64,000 nt of DNA from contig NIVC01000850.1 in NCBI GenBank assembly GCA_002269645.1, positions 62,001 through 126,000 of the forward strand, in the 5' to 3' direction. The DNA is from Macrostomum lignano. Lineage: Eukaryota. Below, piece by piece: positions 34,292-45,843 of this stretch; the first letter of the stretch is position 1; each line of letters begins with the position of its first letter. Below the pieces are notes generated by a model. It was not told the origin of the DNA, did not search any database, and saw only the letters and a list, made by a program, of their open reading frames with translations. A program made the position numbers and the translations under genes.

Positions 34292-36309
34292 ATGGCTGTA
34301 TTACCTGGCATAGAGTTTTTTCTATTCCTAGTCAAGATTGTTGTCATGGTGACCGGCTTGGCTGGCAACGCCATGGTTATACTGGTGGTTGGCAGCAGCA
34401 AGCAGCTGCACACGAGGGTCAACGCGCTGCTGGTTAATCTGGCGCTGGCCGACATGCTGTCTCTGCTGGTGTGCGTGCCGCACAGCATTCTGGACGACTT
34501 CAAGACTGTCTACAGACCTGCCATTGTCTGTGAGCACCGATTCGCACTCTGTGTCTCATCCTGCATCTCTCTCCGCTGTCTCACCCTTTGTCTCACCCCT
34601 GAATCTCTCCCCTCTGTCTCACTCCTTGTCTCACCCTGCATCTATCTCTTCTGCCTCACCCCGTGTCTCACCTTGCATCTCGTCTCTGTCTCAGCCCGTG
34701 TGTCACCCTGCATCTCTCCTCTATCTCATCCCTTGTCTCACCCTGCATCTCTCTCCTCTGTCTCACCCCGTGTCTCACCCTGCATCTTTTCTCTCTGTCT
34801 CACCCTGCATCTCTCTCTTCTGTCCCACCCAGTGTATCACCCTGCATCTCTCTCTTCTGTCTCATCCCGTGTGTTACCCTGCATCTCTCCTCTCTGTCGC
34901 ACCCCTTGTCTTAACCCTACATCTGTCCTCTATTCTTTGCCCTCTTTGTCTCACCCTGCATCACCCCACTCTGTTTCATCCCTTGTTTTACTTTTCATCT
35001 CTTCTATGTCTCATCCCGTGTCTCAACCCTGCATCTCACCCCCTGTCTCACCCAGCATTTCTCATTTTCATCTCACCCCGTGTCTCACCCTAAATCCATC
35101 TACTCTGTTACAACATGTGTCTCACTCTGCAACTCTGCCTGCATCTCCCCATGTATTTCTCCCCTTCAGCTCTTTCTCTCTCCTTCGAATGAATCCTCAG
35201 TGAGTCTTCTGAGATGTTCCGTAACTTTCACCAAACTTCTACTTGCACCCCTGCCCTGTTTCTTTCTCCTCTTTATTATCCATCTCTCATCGATTCTGCT
35301 AAAACAAATCAATGAACAAAGTAACCACTGCCTTCTTCCCCTAACTCCTGCAGGCAAGCTGGGATTCAGCCTGGAGCACGCATTCACCATGGGCTCCAGC
35401 CTGACGATTGTCCTCATTGCTCTGGAACGCCTTCTGGTGGTCTGCTTCCCGATGCGCGCTCCAGCCCTGCTAGCCAAACGCTCACTGCGCACCAGCTCCG
35501 TTGCCCTGCTGTGGCTGGTGGCTCTGGCCGAGCCCATTCCATTCTTTATCGGCGGCCGGGCGGAAATGTACACCGAATTCGGTCTAGCGGACAACGACAC
35601 CATGGCAACGGAAGCGGTTAACTATTATCACTGCGAACTGCCGCTGCCAAACGATCTCAATGCTACCATGATGTTCCTGCCGCCTGCCGTATTCTACACT
35701 CTGAGCACTGTACTCGAGCTCTACCTGCCCATGGCTCTGATTGCCGTGCTGTACACCGTGGTCCTGCGCAGCCTGTTGAAGTCGTGCAAGCAGCTTCGCG
35801 GCGGAGCGTCGCAGCGTCGGGTGCAGATCAACCAGACTGCCCTGCGGCGCAGGCGTCGGGTCGTGTACGTCAACTGCATAGTGGCTGCGGCCTACTTTCT
35901 CACCACCACCCCGTTTAGAAGCATCGCCCTGTGCTTCTGCAGCAGCGACTGTTACAGTTTGCTCACCTCGGGACCGGCAGGTGGCGACCGAGCCTACTTA
36001 CTCACGCATCTGTTGCGAACTCTGTTCTACCTGAACCACTGCTTAAATCCGGTCATCTACAATCTGGCTAGCAAATCGTTTCGGACTGAGTTTCGTAGAA
36101 AGTTGCGGATTGCCTGCCGCTGCGGCGGAAATGGAAACGGAAACGGAAACGGCCTCTCTGCGGCTCCGCGACAACCGTTGACGAGTGCGGCAGCGGACAA
36201 TCGCTATCGACGGGTTGCCATGGTAACTGACACGCCCGAGCACGCGGCGGCAGTGAATTTTTGCCGACAGTTCACCCGAACTACGCAGATGAACGTGCGG
36301 ATCAACTGA
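34292..36309 (+). CDS. Rhodopsin-family (class A) peptide GPCR, TRH/ETH-receptor-like; exons 34292-34529 and 35354-36309
   Basis: TM1 GLAGNAMV, TM2 NLALADML, TM3 C-K...ALERLLVVCFP, TM7 YLNHCLNPVIYNLASKSFR. A phase-1 intron rejoins VC/KL. An extra upstream exon is possible via the acceptor at 34266. Confidence 0.88.
34550..35170. repeat. Degenerate CT-rich repeat in the GPCR intron
   Basis: Recurring TCTCACCCTGCATCTCT. Confidence 0.8.
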
Positions 36310-36369
36310 GGCCAGAACGGGATGATGTTGACCTGCCGCTGAATGCTTGTGCACCGATTAACTTGGTCA

Positions 36370-37290
36370 GACTATACATACTGTCCCATTGTCAGACTAT
36401 ACCGGTATAGATACTGTCCCATTGTCAGACTATACCGGTATAGATACTGTCCCATTGTCAGACTATACCGGTATAGATACTGTCCCATTGTCAGACTATA
36501 CCGGTATAGATACTGTCCCATTGTCAGACTATACCGGTATAGATACTGTCCCATTGTCAGACTATACCGGTATAGATACTGTCCCATTGTCAGACTATAC
36601 CGGTATAGATACTGTCCCATTGTCAGACTATACCGGTATAGATACTGTCCCATTGTCAGACTATACCGGTATAGATACTGTCCCATTGTCAGACTATACC
36701 GGTATAGATACTGTCCCATTGTCAGACTATACCGGTATATATACTGTCCCATTGTCAGACTATACCGGTATAGATACTGTCCCATTGTCAGACTATACCG
36801 GAATATATACTGTCCCATTGTCAGACTATACCGGTATAGATACTGTCCCATTGTCAGACTATACCGGTATAGATACTGTCCCATTGTCAGACTATACCGG
36901 TATAGATACTGTCCATTGTCAGACTATACCGGTATACATACTGTCCCATTGTCAGACTATACCGGTATAGATACTGTCCCATTGTCAGACTATACCGGAA
37001 TATATACTGTCCCATTGTCAGACTATACCGGTATACATACTGTCCCATTGTCAGACTATACCGGTATATATACTGTCCCATTGTCAGACTATACCGGTAT
37101 AGATACTGTCCCATTGTCAGACTATACCGGTATAGATACTGTCCCATTGTCAGACTATACCGGTATAGATACTGTCCCATTGTCAGACTATATATATATA
37201 CTGTCCCATTGTCAGACTACTGTCCCATTGTCAGACTATATATATACTGTCCCATTGTCAGACTATATATATACTGTCCCATTGTCAGAC
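36370..37290. repeat. 33-bp minisatellite directly after the GPCR stop
   Basis: Unit ACTGTCCCATTGTCAGACTATACCGGTATAGAT. Confidence 0.95.
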
Positions 37291-37807
37291 GATAAATACA
37301 GACTTTGCATCAAATATGTAAATAAAAAATTGTCAGAATTTTCGCAGGCCCTAAAGTTCTGTTTCTAAGAAAGTGAAATCCAAAAGGCCGCTCAAACTCA
37401 GCCGCCTATTCATCACTACACTTTTAATATACAAAAAACATAATTCAGAAACTGACCTGTTTAATTAATCTCCCGTTTAAGTTGACTTCCGGCTGACAGC
37501 CTGAGGTCCGGGTGTTATTTTGAAATTATTACAAAATTAATTTAATCTCCCCCAGGAAACGGGTAGCTAGTAGTTACTAAATTAATTCAGAAATGATGTC
37601 ACTTGACTAAATGAATATTATTGAAAAGCCGAAAAAAAATTATACTCCCAGTCCTTCTGATAAAAGTGTGCATCTTCTATAATAATTATTGAATAATATT
37701 GTTTTTAACTCTTGCCTACTCGTAATACTCTGACATTGTGATATCGTGTTTATTATCGGAGCAGTCCCAGATGTAGTTCAGCTTAATTTGGTGCCGAAAT
37801 TCCAACA

Positions 37808-38302
37808 ATGTGCAGTTTGGGGATGTGCAGTTTGGGGATGTGCAGTTTGGGGATGTGCAGTTTGGGGATGTGCAGTTTGGGGATGTGCAGTTTGGGGATG
37901 TGTAGTTTGGGGATGTGCAGTTTGGGGATGTGCAGTTTGGGGATGTTCAGTTTGGGGATGTGCAGTTTGGGGATGTGCAGTTTGGGGATGTGCAGTTTGG
38001 GAATGTGCAGTTTGGGGATGTGTAGTTTGGGGATGTGCAGTTTGGGGATGTGCAGTTTGGGGATGTGCAGTTTGGGGATGTGCAGTTTGGGGATGTGCAG
38101 TTTGGGGATGTGCAGTTTGGGGATGTGCAGTTTGGGGATGTGCAGTTTGGGGATGTGCAGTTTGGGAATGTGCAGTTTGGGAATGTGCAGTTTGGGGATG
38201 TGTAGTTTGGGGATGTGCAGTTTGGGGATGTGCAGTTTGGGAATGTGCAGTTTGGGGATGTGTAGTTTGGGAATGTGCAGTTTGGGGATGTGCAGTTTGG
38301 GG
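37808..38302. repeat. 15-bp repeat (TGTGCAGTTTGGGGA)n
   Basis: Direct reading. Confidence 0.96.
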
Positions 38303-38929
38303 GCTGTGAAGACTGGTCTCCAATCCGAAAGCTCTCTACAGAATAGCAGTGGTCCCTGGCTTCCAGACAAGAAATTCCCCAGACTGCCTCCGCGCGACGA
38401 AGTCTTTTTTATCTCGAATCTGCTTCGCGCATTCAAGCAAAGCCCCGCATGCAAGAGAACTCACTTTCCCGTGGAAGCGAAATAAACAGAAAAAAATGCA
38501 GCAGGTGCACGAAAAGCTTCAGAGATGAAAAAGAATTTAGTGGGCGGGGACCCTGGCTGACTAGCACCTAATCTATAATGCGGGCGATTTTTCAAATAAA
38601 TCTTATCTGTCAGTGTTTTCCTCTCTTTAATCTGAGTCTTCTCTGTTCGCCTGCAGCCCTATTAAATATTGTCCCTGATGGAACTTGAGAACTACACGTG
38701 AGCCTGCAAAGCTAAAACGCCAAGAGTTAATCCTTCTTTATTGGCGCAGAGCAGCTCACAATGTCTGACTCTCGCATTACGAACCCTGGTTCAATTCCGT
38801 GAGCCGCTGTCGTGCAATTCACACCAAGGCACAGAGTGTACATGCTTGAAGATTAGAGAGTCAGGGCCTCTGTACACCCAAGGACAACTGTCAGGGGTGT
38901 GTGAGCGCGTGTGTGAGTGTCTTTATCTT

Positions 38930-39570
38930 TACTGTGTCTTTCACTCTGTCCTTCACTCTGTCTCACTCTGTCCCTCACTCTGTCCCTCACTCTGTCCCTC
39001 ACTCTGTCCCTCACTCTGTCCTTCACTCTGTCCCTCACTCTGTCCCTCACTCTGTCCATCACTCTGTCCCTCACTCTGTCCATCACTCTGTCCCTCACTC
39101 TGTCCCTCACTCTGTCCCTCACTCTGTCCCTCACTCTGCCCCTCACTCTGTCCCTCACTCTGTCCCTCACTCTGTCCCTCACTCTGTCCCTCACTCTGTT
39201 TCACTCTGTCCCTCACTCTGTCCATCACTCTGTCCCTCACTCTGTCTCTGACTCTGTCCCTCATTCTATCGCTCACTCTGTCCCTGACTCTGTCCCTCAC
39301 TCTATCGCTCACTCTGTCCCTGACTCTGTCCCTCACTCTGTCCCTCACTCTGTCCCTCACTCTGTCCTTCACTCTGTCCATCACTCTGTCCCTCACTCTG
39401 TCTCTCACTCTGTCCCTCACTCTGTCCCTCACTCTGTCCCTCACTCTGTCCCTCACTCTGTCCCTCACTCTGTCCCTCACTCTGTCCCTCACTCTGTCCC
39501 TCACTCTGTCCCTCACTCTGTCTCACTCTGTCCCTCACTCTGTCTCGCTCTGTCCCTCACTCTGTCCCTC
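38930..39570. repeat. 12-bp repeat (TCACTCTGTCCC)n
   Basis: Direct reading. Confidence 0.95.
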
Positions 39571-40102
39571 ACCCTCGTTTAACCTTTCTTTATTCTCATT
39601 CGCAACTAAAGTTCATGCAGAAAGTTAGGCAGATGCAGTAACGACGCTAAAAATTGTTACTGGAAGTTTCTCGGAATTATCAAAACTGTTTCTACACAGT
39701 GCCGGAAATTACTTAAACGTGCAATTTGTAACGCAATCATTTAATTATTCTTCTGCAATAAACGTTGTCATCCAACAATTAGGCAGGTGCGGCAGAGTAA
39801 TACAAAAGAGAATTTACCAATCAGCTTAGACAATATGCCTTGGAGTATTGGGGCGGATTGGAGATCGAGGCGTGGAAGAGAAAATTTGATTGACAATTAA
39901 GGAGGAACCCTACGAATAAACACGAAAAGCGTCCACGCATACGAAAATATGTTTAAATACTTGCGTGCGTAAAATATGTTGCTAGGAAAATCATGACGAA
40001 AGAAACTTTTAACACAAAAACATTGTCCGAATTTGTCTTAACTTGTATAATCATTTCTACGAGTAGTTCCAATATATCGAGTCGGATGACTCACGACAGG
40101 CT

Positions 40103-42985
40103 TCAAGGTCGCGGGCTCTGATTGGCCAGATCGCGCAGCGTTGACTTCGGCTTCTCAACCGGCTTGAACAGCTCCTTGCTGCTCAGCTGCTGGCGGCCTG
40201 GATCGTTTGAGTTCAGCGCAGAGTCGGGCGTCAGACCGACAACGAGATCGCTGAATGCGTCCGGCTTGATCACCGGGTTTGGCTTCGCGGCGGTAGCGGC
40301 GGGATTCAGCGACACCGGCGTCAACAGGTCGGGGCCTCCGCCGCTCGGGACGGAGTTCTGCCTGTCGAATAAGCTGGCGCCGCCGCCTCCAGCAGCGAAG
40401 GGATTCGTGCTGCCCGATGGTGCACCAGTAGGGAGCTGCTGCTGATAGGGATTGTACTGCTGTTGCTGCGGAAACTGCGCTGGTGGAAACTGCTGCTGTT
40501 GCTGCGGAAACTGCACTGGTGGAAACTGCTGCTGTTGCTGCGGAAACTGCACTGGTGGAAACTGCTGCTGTTGCTGCGGAAACTGCTGGTATTGCGGGTT
40601 CTGACCAAAGCCGTAGGACATGACACCGGGTCCACCTGACATTGGCATCATAGCTGGTTGAGGCTGCTGCTGGCTGAACGGATTGCTGGCACTAGCAACT
40701 GGCTGTCCAAATGGATTGAATGAATTGCTGTTGTTGGCACCGAAAGCGCTACTAGTGCTGTTGAAGGCGCTACTAGTGCTGTTGAAAGCGCTACTAGTGC
40801 TGTTGAAGGCGCTACTAGTGCTGGTAAAAGCGCCACTAGGGCTGTTGAAGGCGCTACTAGCAGGTTGCTGGCTAACGGTAACCGACGAACTGAAAATATC
40901 GCCAAGGTCGTCGAGTGAAGCGGCAGACTCGTTCTTTGGCATAGCGCTGGCCGGAATGTCTGGCCCAAGCAGATTCGAGGTGGCCCTGTCTCGAGCGTCC
41001 TGCTGCTGAGCAGACGACTGCTCCGCCGGTTTCGACTCTGTCCCGGTTGGCTCCGCGGATTCGGCAGCGGCAGCCGAAGTGGAGGCTGCTTGTTCCTCCT
41101 TCTGTTGGGCTGAGCGCTCCTTGACGATTCGGAACAGTTCCTGCATCTCCTGCAGGAACGGCATGGCCTGAAATGGAGGAATGTTAAATTGGACGCAAAA
41201 AGAGACTACCGATATGCTTTTTAGGGACAAAGTCACGAATCGAGGAAAAATATAAGATACTCGAAGGATCATGGGGTATTCGGCCTTTTCTGAACCTCAG
41301 GGTGACCATCGAAGGATTAGGGGATATCCAACGAAAGATCAGGGGTATTCATCAAAGGATCAAGGGGTATTTATCAAAGGATCAAGGGGTATTCATCGAA
41401 GGATCAGGGGGTATCCATTGAAGGATCGGGGGGTATCCAGGGCGGTGGTATATATGAAATCGGTGAGGGGTATCAGAGCTATACGAGCGTACATAAAAAC
41501 ACGAAAGCTGAACGAGCTTATAAATAATGAGGGCCAACCCCTCCAGAGGCACAGAGAGTGTACATGCCTGACGGTTAAAAAGTCAAGGGCCCTGTACACC
41601 CTGTGTGAGCGTGTGTGTGTATATGCTCAGGACTACTTCACCCCTCGCTGTCCTACATGCTGCCCAAAATTATAAAGATATAAAAAGCATAAAACTAAAA
41701 TTGTGCAGCCACTCATCATACCGGTTTAATAGTCCGAATTCCGTGAAATCGATGCACGGTCTTGGTGGAGTCATCGGGATCTGGCTCGGTCCGCACAATG
41801 CCCAGGCTGCGCTGGTCCCGAGGGTCTTTCCACACATAGGACACCTGACTGTGCTTGAAGGTCAAGTCTAGCAGGTTAATACCTGGCGGCATCTCTTTCA
41901 GTCTGGTGCCTTCAAAGCTTAAATTGATGATTAGACGCGGTTTGGGATCCTTTCTGGACTTCAGGGTGACCAGTAGTTTCTGCATCGCTTCCTGACAGAT
42001 CTCCTGACCTTTGCTCTTGGCCACCTCCACGCTGCCCATGTACTTGGCGTGGAACTCCTGGCCTTCGCCTTCGAATCTGGACTCTGAAATATGTTGTCAG
42101 GGTAACCAACTAAGAGACATCTCAGGGAGGGTATCCTGCAACCAACTAAGAGACAGCTCAGGGAGGATATCCTGCAACCAACTAAGAGACATCAGGGAGG
42201 ATATCCTGTAACCAACTAAGAGACATCTCAGGGAGGGTATCCTGCAACCAACTAAGAGACAGCTCAGGGAGGATATCCTGCAACCAACTAAGAGACAGCT
42301 CAGGGAGGATATCCTGCAACCAACTAAGAGACATCTCAGGGAGGATATCCTGCAACCAACTAAGAGACAGCTCAGGGAGGATATCCTGCAACCAACTAAG
42401 AGACAGCTCAGGGAGGATATCCTGCAACCAACTAAGAGAAAGCTCAGGGAGGGTATCCTGCAACCAACTAAGAGACAGCTCAGGGAGGATATCCTGCAAC
42501 CAACTAAGAGACAGCTCAGGGAGGATATCCTGCAACCAACTAAGAGACAGCTCAGGGAGGATATCCTGCAACCAACTAAGAGACAGCTCAGGGAGGATAT
42601 CCTGCAACCAACTAAGAGACAGCTCAGGGAGGATATCCTGCAACCAACTAAGAGACATCTCAGGGAGGATATCCTGCAACCAACTAAGAGACAGCTCAGG
42701 GAGGATATCCTGTAACCAACTAAGAGACATCTCAGGGAGGATATCCTGCAACCAACTAAGAGACAGCTCAGGGAGGATATCCTGCAACCAACTAAGAGAC
42801 AGCTCAGGGAGGATATCCTGCAACCAACTAAGAGACAGCTCAGGGAGGATATCCTGCAACTAACTAAGAGACATCAGGGAGTATTGCATACTTGCATCTG
42901 ATTTCAATCGGGTTTATTCTAGAGATGGATAAAATAGCACGAGTCACAGAACAGATGTTCACCTACCCGACTCCGACGCGGACAT
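40103..42985 (-). CDS. DAB: Disabled (Dab1/Dab2)-like PTB-domain endocytic adaptor, 3 exons (42967-42985, 41722-42083, 40103-41167), ~481 aa
   Basis: SRFEGEGQEFHAKYMG...KGQEICQEAMQKL...ELFRIV resembles the Dab PTB (RFKGDGVKYKAKLIG...RGDKMSQDSMMKL...DLFQVI). The tail has three NPF motifs and Q/P-rich repeats. Junctions are in phase; the 19-nt first exon is less certain. Confidence 0.82.
42100..42875. repeat. 36-bp minisatellite in Dab intron 1
   Basis: Unit CAACCAACTAAGAGACAGCTCAGGGAGGATATCCTG. Confidence 0.96.
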
Positions 42986-43929
42986 CCCGTCAGTTGAATC
43001 TGCGAAAGTTCTCCAACAAAAGTATATCGAGTTGGCTGTCAGAAAAGCGCCCAAAAACCTACTCAACTGTCACTTTCTCGCTATTTAACGTATTATCTGG
43101 CTTTCTAGGCCTCTCTGTGCCAGTCTGAGTGTCTCAAAAAACTTTATTGTACAGAAAGGGCTGAAAGAGAAATTTCTTCTTTCACCAAAGGGAAGAAAAA
43201 TGCTACCTTCTTAGATATCTGTGAACTGCCTAAGCAAAATGAAGTTGCAGAGAAAGAAAGCTAATAGAGCTTGGCACGACTTCAATTGCAATTTTAGCAT
43301 TCAGTTTATAAATTTCACTTAACTAGCAGGCCTTTCTAAAATGTCACACCCGCCAACTCTTACAGATTACGCGCTTTTCTAGCCTACCTTATTACTGTTA
43401 ACTAAATTATAGCCTTTACAACCTTTTCACGTGTGCAGTGCAATCCAAGCCATGAGATAAACTGGGTGAGGGTTTGGTGGGGGTTGGTGGGTGTTGATCA
43501 AGGGAGAGAGGCGATTGGCAATGGCAACGCCTGACCCCTGTACCGAGATAACAGCTACAGTATAAAATTAATGCAAATTCACTCTTTAAACTGATAAATA
43601 GCTTTGACTTTGTGAGGCGCGTGTTCAACAGGTTAATGGCATGCTAATTAGGCTGGCCTAGGCTATTATAGGTAAAAAGGTTTTGTTACAAAATAATTTT
43701 CACTTACCTTTGAACTGGCGAAGTCACTGCGCGATTAACTCTACCTACTAGTAGTACGCGATATTTATCTGAAAATTGTCCAAATTACAATAGACTTCAA
43801 CTTGAAGCGAAAATGCTGCAACTTATGTGGCAAAAAAACGCGCTAAAATATCGTGTTTAGAAGGGCGCTCCAAATGGCAAAATACGCTTAAAATATGAAA
43901 CAATACGTTCAAGTCTGTTTTAAGAGGCT

Positions 43930-44420
43930 CTCTTGGGGCCTGTCTCTCATTGTCTGTCTCAGCCTCTGTCTATTGAGGCCTGTTTCTTGGGGCCTGTCTC
44001 TCATTGTCTGTCTCAGTCTCTGTCTATTGAGGCCTGTTTCTTGGGGCCTGTCTCTCATTGTCTGTCTCAGCCTCTGTCTATTGAGGCCTGTTTCTTGGAA
44101 CCTGTCTCTTGGGGTCTGTCTCTTGGGGTCATTCTCTTGGGGTCTGTCTCTTGGGGTATGTCTCTTGGGGTATGTCTCTTGGGGTCTGTCTCTTGGGGTA
44201 TGTCTCTTGGGGTATGTCTCTTGGGGTCTGTCTCTTGGGGTATGTCTCTTGGGGTATGTCTCTTGGGGTATGTCTCTTGGGGTATGTCTCTTGGGGTATG
44301 TCTCTTGGGGTATGTCTCTTGGGGTATGTCTCTTGGAGTCTGTCTCTTGGGATCTGTATTTTATTGTCTGTCTCTTGGCGTCTCTTGGGCGCCCGTCTCT
44401 TATTGTCTGTCTTTTGGGGC
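43930..44420. repeat. GTCTCTTGGG-based repeats (~48-bp then 15-bp units)
   Basis: Direct reading. Confidence 0.88.
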
Positions 44421-44779
44421 CTGTCTCTTTTTAGAATCTGTCTCCTTGCGTCTGTCGTTTACAGTGTGACTCTGCTGCTTGAATATTTTCTCTACGAGTC
44501 TGCCTATCAGGGTCTGTATTTTTTAAAGTGCCTGTCGAGTATTTATAACAAATTATACACAGTAATAGTACAAATAGATAGGCGAAAGGGATAGATTCCG
44601 AGCTCATTTAAAAACTACACGTGACAAACCGTCTGCAGGTGAAAACCCGATACTGTTGACTGCCGGGGACTCCTATTTCGCAACTCCTATTTACCACATT
44701 TCCGAGGCTTGTGAAAATACAAGAAACGAATGGGATGTGTGTGGCTACAGTTACGGCTTTATGGGAACGAGTGTAGGAA

Positions 44780-45410
44780 GGGTGTGGGAATGGGTGTGGG
44801 AATGGGTGTGGGAATGGGTGTGGGAATGAGTGTGGGAATGGGTGTGGGAATGGGTGTGGCAATGAGTGTGGGAATGTGTGTGGGAACGGGTGTGGGAATG
44901 GGTGTTGGAATGGGTGTGGGAATGGGTGTGGGAATGGGTGTGGGAATGGGTGTTGGAATGGGTGTGGGAATTGGTGTGGGAATGGGTGTTGGAATGAGTG
45001 TGGGAATGTGTGTGGGAACGGGTGTGGGAATGGGTGTTGGAATGGGTGTGGGAATGTGTGTGGGAACGGGTGTGGGAATGGGTGTTGGAATGTGTGTGGG
45101 AACGGGTGTGGGAATGGGTGTTGGAATGGGTGTGGGAATGTGTGTGGGAACGGGTGTGGGAATGGGTGTTGGAATGTGTGTGGGAACGGGTGTGGGAATG
45201 GGTGTTGGAATGGGTGTGGGAATGGGTGTGGGAATGGGTGTGGGAATGGGTGTGGGAATGGGTGTGGGAATGGGTGTGGGAATGGGTGTGGGAATGGGTG
45301 TGGGAATGGGTGTGGGAATGGGTGTGGGAATGGGTGTGGGAATGGGTGTGGGAATGGGTGTGGGAATGGGTGTTGGAATGGGTGTGGGAATGGGTGTGGG
45401 AATGGGTGTG
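44780..45410. repeat. 12-bp repeat (GTGTGGGAATGG)n
   Basis: Direct reading. Confidence 0.95.
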
Positions 45411-45843
45411 GTAAGAGGCGTACGGTATGGAGAGTGGGATTAGCTGTGGGAATGGGTGGTGTTGGAAATTGTTTTAGCGGTCAGTTCGAGAATGCAAATG
45501 GCTCATATTTAGCAGAATACCCAAGCGCTAGCTGCTATATGATAATTAGATTTGCTATTATGAGCAATATTTTCTTGTGGAAATCAGAAACAAGAACTCA
45601 AGCAATAAATGACACTGAGGCCTCTCTAGAGAGCAAATAAATACTCCAAACTTGGACTAGCAGAACTGTTACAGAGGCCTACAGAGAGGAGCGACTCTCT
45701 CAGACACACAGCTTAGCAAGGAAAAGCAGGCCTTTAGCCGCGTAGATAAGATGCGATACGGACCAATGCTTGTAGAAATATCAGCACTAGCCAAAGAAGA
45801 CTTGAACAGAATTTTTTGCAGAAGAAAAACTTCGTGACACACA

